This document shows, in pieces, positions 58,282 through 64,000 of a stretch of DNA of 64,000 bases. The translations under genes and the position numbers were made by a program. How positions within the stretch are numbered: position 1 is the first letter of the stretch; every line of letters begins with the position of its first letter. Source of the DNA: Candidatus Omnitrophota bacterium (GTDB taxonomy: Bacteria; Omnitrophota; Omnitrophia; Omnitrophales; Aquincolibacteriaceae). Below the pieces are notes generated by a model, which was not told the origin of the DNA, ran no database searches, and saw nothing but the letters and a program-made list of their open reading frames with translations. The DNA lies in contig JAYTHE010000025.1 in NCBI GenBank assembly GCA_043732705.1, forward strand, positions 315 through 64,314. The letters are read 5' to 3'.

Positions 58282-59510
58282 CGGAATAATTCTATAACCT
58301 TGTAAAGCGCATCCACAAAATGATCAATTTCCTGTTTCGTATTATAAAAAGAAAAAGAAGCACGCGCCGTTCCGGCAACGCCCATGATTTCCATGAGAGG
58401 CATGGCGCAATGATGGCCCGTGCGAATCGCGATACCTTCACGGTCTAAAATGGTTCCAATATCCTGCGGATGCGCCTGGCTCAGCGTAAAAGAAATAATT
58501 GCCGAACGTTCCTGCGGTTCACCAATGAACCGTAAACTTAGAATTGCTTTCATTTTTTCGAAAGCGTAGCTCGTGATTTCTTTTTCATAAGCATGAATAT
58601 TTTCAAGCCCTATGCCGGATAAATAATCAAGCGCCGCACCCAGACCAATTACGCCGGCGATATGCGGCGTGCCGGCTTCAAATTTATACGGTAATTGATT
58701 ATAAGTTGTTTTTTCAAACGTCACTTTTTCAATCATGTCACCGCCGCCTTGATATGGCGGCATGGCTTCTAAATATTCTGTTTTGCCGTACAAAACACCG
58801 ATTCCCGTCGGCGATAAAACTTTGTGCCCTGAAAAAACATAAAAATCAGCATCCAACTCGCGTACATCCACTGGCATATGCCCCACGGCCTGGGCGCCAT
58901 CCACTAAAACCAGAATTTCCTTGGCATGCGCGCGCCTGATCATTTCCCGTACGGGATTCACGGTTCCGATTGCATTTGAAATATGGTTGAAAGCAAAAAG
59001 CTTGGTACGGCTTGTTAACAGCTGATCCAATTCCTGTAAATTTAAATCGCCTTTGGCATTCACCGGCAGCACTTTCAAAGTTGCGCCTTTTTCAGCGCAA
59101 ATCATTTGCCATGGCACAATATTGGAATGATGCTCAAGCGCCGTAATCAAAATTTCATCACCCGTTTTCAGATTAGCGCGGCCAAACGTCTGCGCGACAA
59201 GATTAATGGCTTCGGTCGCGCCTCTCGTAAAAATAATTTCCTTTTCAGAAGCGGCATTCAGAAATTTTTTAATTTTAATGCGCGCGTTTTCATAAGCCAT
59301 GGTGGCTTTTTCACTCAAACAAAAAACACCGCGGTGAATATTCGCGTTTTGAGTTTCGTAATACCAGCGTACGGCATCAATGACAGCACGCGGTTTTTGC
59401 GAAGTTGCGGCATTATCAAAGTAAATCAAAGGTTTACCGTGGGCTTTCTCCGCAAGAATCGGAAAATCGCGGCGATAAGTTTCAGGGTTAAACCCCGGGA
59501 TAGTTGTCAT
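58278..59510 (-). CDS. sufS: Cysteine desulfurase
   Basis: YFDNAATSQKP, SGHK and RTGHHCA. Confidence 0.97.
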   Translation of the reverse strand: MTTIPGFNPETYRRDFPILAEKAHGKPLIYFDNAATSQKPRAVIDAVRWYYETQNANIHRGVFCLSEKATMAYENARIKIKKFLNAASEKEIIFTRGATEAINLVAQTFGRANLKTGDEILITALEHHSNIVPWQMICAEKGATLKVLPVNAKGDLNLQELDQLLTSRTKLFAFNHISNAIGTVNPVREMIRRAHAKEILVLVDGAQAVGHMPVDVRELDADFYVFSGHKVLSPTGIGVLYGKTEYLEAMPPYQGGGDMIEKVTFEKTTYNQLPYKFEAGTPHIAGVIGLGAALDYLSGIGLENIHAYEKEITSYAFEKMKAILSLRFIGEPQERSAIISFTLSQAHPQDIGTILDREGIAIRTGHHCAMPLMEIMGVAGTARASFSFYNTKQEIDHFVDALYKVIELFR

Positions 59511-59514
59511 AGGA

Positions 59515-60834
59515 TCAGCTCCGCGGCTCAGAGCTAGAACTAAACAGCCCAATCAAAGTAATTTTGAGCTGTTCTTGAAAAAAAGAACGCAAAGATCCGC
59601 ATGCAATTGAATCTAAAATTTTTTCCACGAATCCCGCCGCAAGCATTTTTTCGGCATTCGCGCGGCTGATCCCACGCGACCTTAAATAAAACAAACTGTC
59701 TTCATCCAATTGGCCGATGGCCGCGCCATGCGAACACTGCACGTCATCCGCGTCAATTTCAAGCTGGGGCTTGGTATCCGCGCGCGCTTCATCGGAAAGT
59801 AAAAGCGTCTTATGAACCTGGCGCGCGTCGGTTTTTTGAGCTTCGCGGCAAACACGCACCCGTCCGCCAAAAACCGCACGCGACTTACCTGAAAGTAAAT
59901 TCCGGTAGGATTGATCGCTCGCGGCCGCAGGCACAGCATGATTCACCATAACCTGCGTGTCGAGATGGCGCTCGCCTGCTCCAAGGCCGATACCTTTGAG
60001 CGAGCAAACGGCTCCGCTGCCGGCAAATTCAACGTTAATCTCATTTCTCGAAACCTTGGCGCCAGAATCCAAATCAAGACGGTGATAATTAGTTTTTCCT
60101 TCCAATCGAATCTCAGAAGCGGAACGCAGCCAAGTACCCTTGCCCGCCTGCTGAAGACGCAAATGTTCAAGCTGCGCGGACGGCGCCAAGCTGATCTGCA
60201 TCTCCTGATTTAAAAATAAATCCGTATCGCTTAAGTGGTCATGCCACTCCACGATTTTCAACACCGCTTGTTCACCTAAAGAAATCACATGCCGAAGCTG
60301 GGCTGTCCGGTTTGATTCCGTGGAATTCTGCAAAAAATAAATCAAAAGCGGCGCCTCCGGTTTGGCCCCCGGATGAACATGCAGCCAAACCCCGTCTTGA
60401 AAAAGCGCGGCATTCATCGCCGCAAGGCCGGTTAGTTTTTCCGGCGCAATCGCAAGTGCGTTGGGACGATTCGCCGCCAATTCACGCATGCTTGAAAAAT
60501 CAACTGTGTCCGCCAGAGGCTTAATATCCGAAAGCATGGGCATAAACCAGCCGTCGATAAAAACCAGCCGTGCCGAGCTCTTAAAAGATTCGAAACGAAT
60601 ACGCAAATGCTCCAGCGTATGGGCATCTATTTTTGATAAGCCCGAAAAATGAAACTCGCGCGAAGCAATAAATGCAGTTGAGGTATAACGCCAAGCTTCA
60701 TCTTTTTGAGTTGGGAATCCGGATTCCTCAAAATTCTTGAGCGCGTGCAGGCGAATTTCTTTTAAAGAATCCCGTGCCTGAGCTTCCTTCCCTAAGTTCT
60801 CATTCCATGTTTTCTTGTCTGTGCTAGGAATCAT
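59515..60834 (-). CDS. sufD: Fe-S cluster assembly protein SufD
   Basis: EAWRYT, KPQLEIDADDVQCSHGA and FYLRSRGI. Confidence 0.96.
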   Translation of the reverse strand: MIPSTDKKTWNENLGKEAQARDSLKEIRLHALKNFEESGFPTQKDEAWRYTSTAFIASREFHFSGLSKIDAHTLEHLRIRFESFKSSARLVFIDGWFMPMLSDIKPLADTVDFSSMRELAANRPNALAIAPEKLTGLAAMNAALFQDGVWLHVHPGAKPEAPLLIYFLQNSTESNRTAQLRHVISLGEQAVLKIVEWHDHLSDTDLFLNQEMQISLAPSAQLEHLRLQQAGKGTWLRSASEIRLEGKTNYHRLDLDSGAKVSRNEINVEFAGSGAVCSLKGIGLGAGERHLDTQVMVNHAVPAAASDQSYRNLLSGKSRAVFGGRVRVCREAQKTDARQVHKTLLLSDEARADTKPQLEIDADDVQCSHGAAIGQLDEDSLFYLRSRGISRANAEKMLAAGFVEKILDSIACGSLRSFFQEQLKITLIGLFSSSSEPRS

Positions 60835-60838
60835 AAAT

Positions 60839-61594
60839 TTAATTTTTGGCTGCAGCCTCGCGGACCCAGTCATAACCTCTTTCTTCCAACTCTAATGCCA
60901 GAGACTTGTCGCCTGATTTCACAATTTTCCCGTCCATCAAGACATGCACAAAGTCAGGCTGAATATAACCGAGCAGCCTTTGATAATGCGTCACCAAAAC
61001 AAAAGCGCGTTCTTTGGATCTTAAGCGGTTCACGCCTTCCGAAATAATTTTCAGCGCATCAATATCAAGTCCTGAGTCTGTCTCATCCAACAGTCCGAGC
61101 TTTGGTTTTAGCATCGCCATTTGTAAAATTTCATTACGCTTCTTTTCACCGCCCGAAAAGCCTTCGTTCACGGGACGGTTTAAAAACCCTGCGTCCATTT
61201 CCACTGCTTTCATTTCTTCACGCGCTTGCTTTAAAAACTCCGCAGCATCTAATTCTTTTCCGCCTTGCGATAAACGCAATTCATTTACCGCTGTGCGCAG
61301 AAAATAGGAGTTGCTCACGCCCGGAACATCGACAGGATATTGAAATGCAAGAAACACGCCCGCACGCGAACGTTCCTCGACACTCATATCAAACAAATTT
61401 TTCCCCAGAAAAACGGCGGTCCCCTGTGTCACGGTATAGGCCGGATGTCCCGCAAGCGCGCGAGCCAGCGTACTTTTTCCGGAACCATTCGGCCCCATAA
61501 TCGCATGCACTTCCCCCGCTTTGACGGAGAGGTTAATCCCTTTCAAGATTTCAATACCATTCACAGACACATGTAAATTTTTAATTTCGAGCAT
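60839..61594 (-). CDS. sufC: Fe-S cluster assembly ATPase SufC
   Basis: [18 protein letters not shown] and LDETDSGLD. Confidence 0.98.
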   Translation of the reverse strand: MLEIKNLHVSVNGIEILKGINLSVKAGEVHAIMGPNGSGKSTLARALAGHPAYTVTQGTAVFLGKNLFDMSVEERSRAGVFLAFQYPVDVPGVSNSYFLRTAVNELRLSQGGKELDAAEFLKQAREEMKAVEMDAGFLNRPVNEGFSGGEKKRNEILQMAMLKPKLGLLDETDSGLDIDALKIISEGVNRLRSKERAFVLVTHYQRLLGYIQPDFVHVLMDGKIVKSGDKSLALELEERGYDWVREAAAKN

Positions 61595-61607
61595 AATTTC
61601 CTTTAGG

Positions 61608-61705
61608 CCAAATCTGAAAGCTTAAAGCTCAAAACCATAACTTAAAACCCTCTAACTGTTCGGACACTTTCAGTTTTGATCTGTAACTTTGAGCTTTTAG
61701 ATTTA
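61608..61705. repeat. Imperfect inverted repeat of degenerate heptamers between sufB and sufC
   Basis: aaatctgaaagcttaaagctcaaa ... tttgagcttttagattt. Confidence 0.6.
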
Positions 61706-61718
61706 ACCCTTAACCTTT

Positions 61719-63158
61719 TTATCCCACACTGCCTTCTAAACTGACATTCAATAACTTGGATGCTTCCACGGCGAATTCCATGGGCAATTCCTTAAATACC
61801 TGCTTACAAAAACCATTCACAATCATGGAAACTGCGTTTTCGGCGCCGATGCCGCGCGACCGGCAATAAAAAAGCTGATCTTCACTGATCTTCGATGTAG
61901 TCGCTTCATGTTCCACACGCGCCGTTTTATTTTCAACTTCAATATACGGAAAAGTATTCGCTGAACATTGCGAACCGATTAAAAGCGAGTCGCATTGGGT
62001 GTAATTCCGCGCGCCCTGCGCCTTGGGTAAAATTTTGACCAGCCCGCGGTAGGTGTTTTTTCCGAGGCGCGCTGAAATCCCTTTGGAAATAATCGTGCTC
62101 TTCGTATTTTTTCCGATATGAATCATTTTTGTGCCCGTATCCGCCTGCTGATGATGATTCGTCAGCGCCACGGAATAAAATTCACCGACTGAATGATCAC
62201 CCTGCAAAATCACGCTCGGATATTTCCATGTGATGGCCGATCCGGTTTCAACCTGCGTCCAGGAAATTTTAGAATTTTCGCCCGCGCATTTGCCACGTTT
62301 CGTCACAAAATTATAAATTCCGCCTTTGCCTTCGCGCCCGCCGGTATACCAATTCTGAACCGTAGAATATTTAATTTGCGCGTTTTTGTGGGCAACCAGC
62401 TCAACCACGGCGGCATGCAGCTGATTGCGGTCACGCATCGGGGCCGTGCAACCTTCAAGATAAGAAACATGCGAGTCTTCTTCGGCCACAATCAGTGTTC
62501 TTTCAAACTGCCCTGTTTCAGCGGCATTGATGCGGAAATAAGTCGAAAGCTCCATCGGGCAACGCACACCTTTTGGAATATAAACAAAAGAACCGTCGCT
62601 GAAAACAGCAGCATTTAATGCCGCAAAAAAATTGTCGCTGACCGGCACGACTGACCCGAGATATTTTTTAATCAAATCCGGATGTTCTTTAACAGCTTCC
62701 GAAAAGGAACAAAAAATCACGCCGGCTTTTTTAAGCGAATCTTTGAATGTCGTTGCAACCGAAACACTGTCAAATACGGCATCCACCGCGATACCTGCTA
62801 GACGGCTTTGTTCTTCAAGAGGAATACCCAGCTTTTTATAAGTTTCGAGCAGTTCGGGGTCAACCTCGTCCAAACTTTTGGGGCCGTCTTTGGAAGACTT
62901 TGGCGCAGAATAATAAATGACGTCCTGATAATCAATTTTCGGATAACTGACATTCTGCCAATGCGGCTCTTCCATGCGTAGCCACGTTTGATAAGCTTTG
63001 AGACGCAACTCCAACATCCATGCCGGTTCATTTTTTTTGGCAGAAATCGCGCGAACAACGTCCTCGCTCAAGCCTTTAGGCAAAGCATCTGCGTCAATCT
63101 TGGTTACAAAACCATATTGATAATCTTGATTAATAAAATCTTTGGCAGTTTTCTTCAT
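61719..63158 (-). CDS. sufB: Fe-S cluster assembly protein SufB
   Basis: [26 protein letters not shown] and [10 protein letters not shown]; no intein seen. Confidence 0.98.
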   Translation of the reverse strand: MKKTAKDFINQDYQYGFVTKIDADALPKGLSEDVVRAISAKKNEPAWMLELRLKAYQTWLRMEEPHWQNVSYPKIDYQDVIYYSAPKSSKDGPKSLDEVDPELLETYKKLGIPLEEQSRLAGIAVDAVFDSVSVATTFKDSLKKAGVIFCSFSEAVKEHPDLIKKYLGSVVPVSDNFFAALNAAVFSDGSFVYIPKGVRCPMELSTYFRINAAETGQFERTLIVAEEDSHVSYLEGCTAPMRDRNQLHAAVVELVAHKNAQIKYSTVQNWYTGGREGKGGIYNFVTKRGKCAGENSKISWTQVETGSAITWKYPSVILQGDHSVGEFYSVALTNHHQQADTGTKMIHIGKNTKSTIISKGISARLGKNTYRGLVKILPKAQGARNYTQCDSLLIGSQCSANTFPYIEVENKTARVEHEATTSKISEDQLFYCRSRGIGAENAVSMIVNGFCKQVFKELPMEFAVEASKLLNVSLEGSVG

Positions 63159-63682
63159 AGAGAGATTTTCTCGGTAGATTTAAACTGCGGCTGAGCCTGT
63201 GGCTCAGAGCGATTAAGTTGCAGTGCCGAAGCCGCAGAGCTTGAATGTAACTGCACCTCGAAAGCTTCCAGCTGGTTTTCCGCAATCATCCGCAAAGTCA
63301 CTTTTTCGTAAAGCTGCGCGAGTGTATTTTTTGTTAAATTCCAAACCGGCTTTAAGCCACAAAGTTCATGATGCGTGCAGGTAATGTTCTTACGAACATC
63401 CGGTTCGCAAAAGACATCAAACAAACCGCCTTCCAAAGCGCTGACAATTTCTTTAAGTGTAATTGTTTCGGGCGTACGCGTTAAAGCGTAGCCACCCTGA
63501 GCGCCCTGTCTGGAAGACACAATGCCTGCCGCACGCAAAGACTGTAGAATTTTTTCGATATAGGCGGAGGGATATTGTTCGTCACGCACAATATCCTTGA
63601 CCGTAACCGGGTTCAAAGAACCATGGCGAACCATATATACAAGACAAACCAGACCATATTCTGTTTTAGTGGTAAAGCGCAT
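63155..63682 (-). CDS. Rrf2 family (IscR/SufR-like) transcriptional regulator
   Basis: [25 protein letters not shown] and three C-terminal Cys. Confidence 0.93.
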   Translation of the reverse strand: MRFTTKTEYGLVCLVYMVRHGSLNPVTVKDIVRDEQYPSAYIEKILQSLRAAGIVSSRQGAQGGYALTRTPETITLKEIVSALEGGLFDVFCEPDVRKNITCTHHELCGLKPVWNLTKNTLAQLYEKVTLRMIAENQLEAFEVQLHSSSAASALQLNRSEPQAQPQFKSTEKISL

Positions 63683-63703
63683 AAGTTAGATATTCTATCA
63701 TTT

Positions 63704-63730
63704 TATCTCGGACTAAAATAGTCCGAGATA
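63704..63730. promoter_or_regulatory. Rrf2/IscR-type operator upstream of the suf operon
   Basis: Perfect palindrome TATCTCGGACTA-AAA-TAGTCCGAGATA; core GACT-N5-AGTC as in IscR type 1 sites. Confidence 0.8.
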
Positions 63731-63735
63731 GGCAT

Positions 63736-63772
63736 AAAAAAACACCGCCCTCTCTTGGAAAGGGCGGTGTTT
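63736..63772 (-). terminator. Intrinsic terminator after the inositol-phosphate synthase gene
   Basis: ACACCGCCCT/AGGGCGGTGT stem followed by a T-run on the minus strand. Confidence 0.85.
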
Positions 63773-63779
63773 GAGAAGC

Positions 63780-64000
63780 TTAAACCGCGGCCGGAACTGC
63801 CTTTTTAGCAGCCGGTACCGGCTTTTTAATGAAGTCTTCGGTCATTTGATAAGCTTCATCGTCCGTATACTGAATCGGAGGATGCTTCTTAAAATAAGCC
63901 GAGGGGCCATATAAAATTCCGCCCTCACCGCGCATTAAAGCAACTTTGCAGCAGCGAATCGAATCAATTGCCACGCCCGCAGAATTCGGGGAATCTTCTA
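63780..64000 (-). CDS. ino1: Myo-inositol-1-phosphate synthase, C-terminal part
   Basis: [21 protein letters not shown]...[10 protein letters not shown]. Confidence 0.9.
   Translation of the reverse strand, partial: EDSPNSAGVAIDSIRCCKVALMRGEGGILYGPSAYFKKHPPIQYTDDEAYQMTEDFIKKPVPAAKKAVPAAV

Overview
Bacterial chromosomal window of moderate GC, mostly coding on the minus strand. The gene mix and the giant ORF suggest Ca. Omnitrophota (OP3), but that assignment is an inference. Housekeeping content: 5' part of leuS, four tRNAs, surE/chbG/acpS, rpsB-tsf-pyrH-frr, metF, sdhCAB, a suf operon under an Rrf2 regulator with a clear palindromic operator, a Pif1 helicase, an NlpC/P60 hydrolase and a small NDP-sugar modification cluster. 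The dominant feature is a 22.7 kb ORF (7555 aa) with an apparent signal peptide, an N-terminal domain, tandem midasin/MoxR-like AAA+ modules, a coiled coil and a long array of LRR-like modules. Its segments are punctuated by a recurring R-S-E-[ML]-R pentapeptide, which suggests a processed polyprotein or cargo carrier. The window also carries several distinct families of short palindromic repeats. Some sit in-frame inside genes (leuS, a C-methyltransferase, acpS, the giant gene, the Rrf2 gene), and in the sdh operon they are spanned by short translationally coupled ORFs. Other oddities: a bactofilin-HTH fusion next to a membrane-anchored HTH protein, partial tRNA 5'-end duplicates, and a frameshifted ORF6N gene whose internal palindrome recurs upstream. 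All calls come from reading the sequence and the ORF track by eye; no searches were run.
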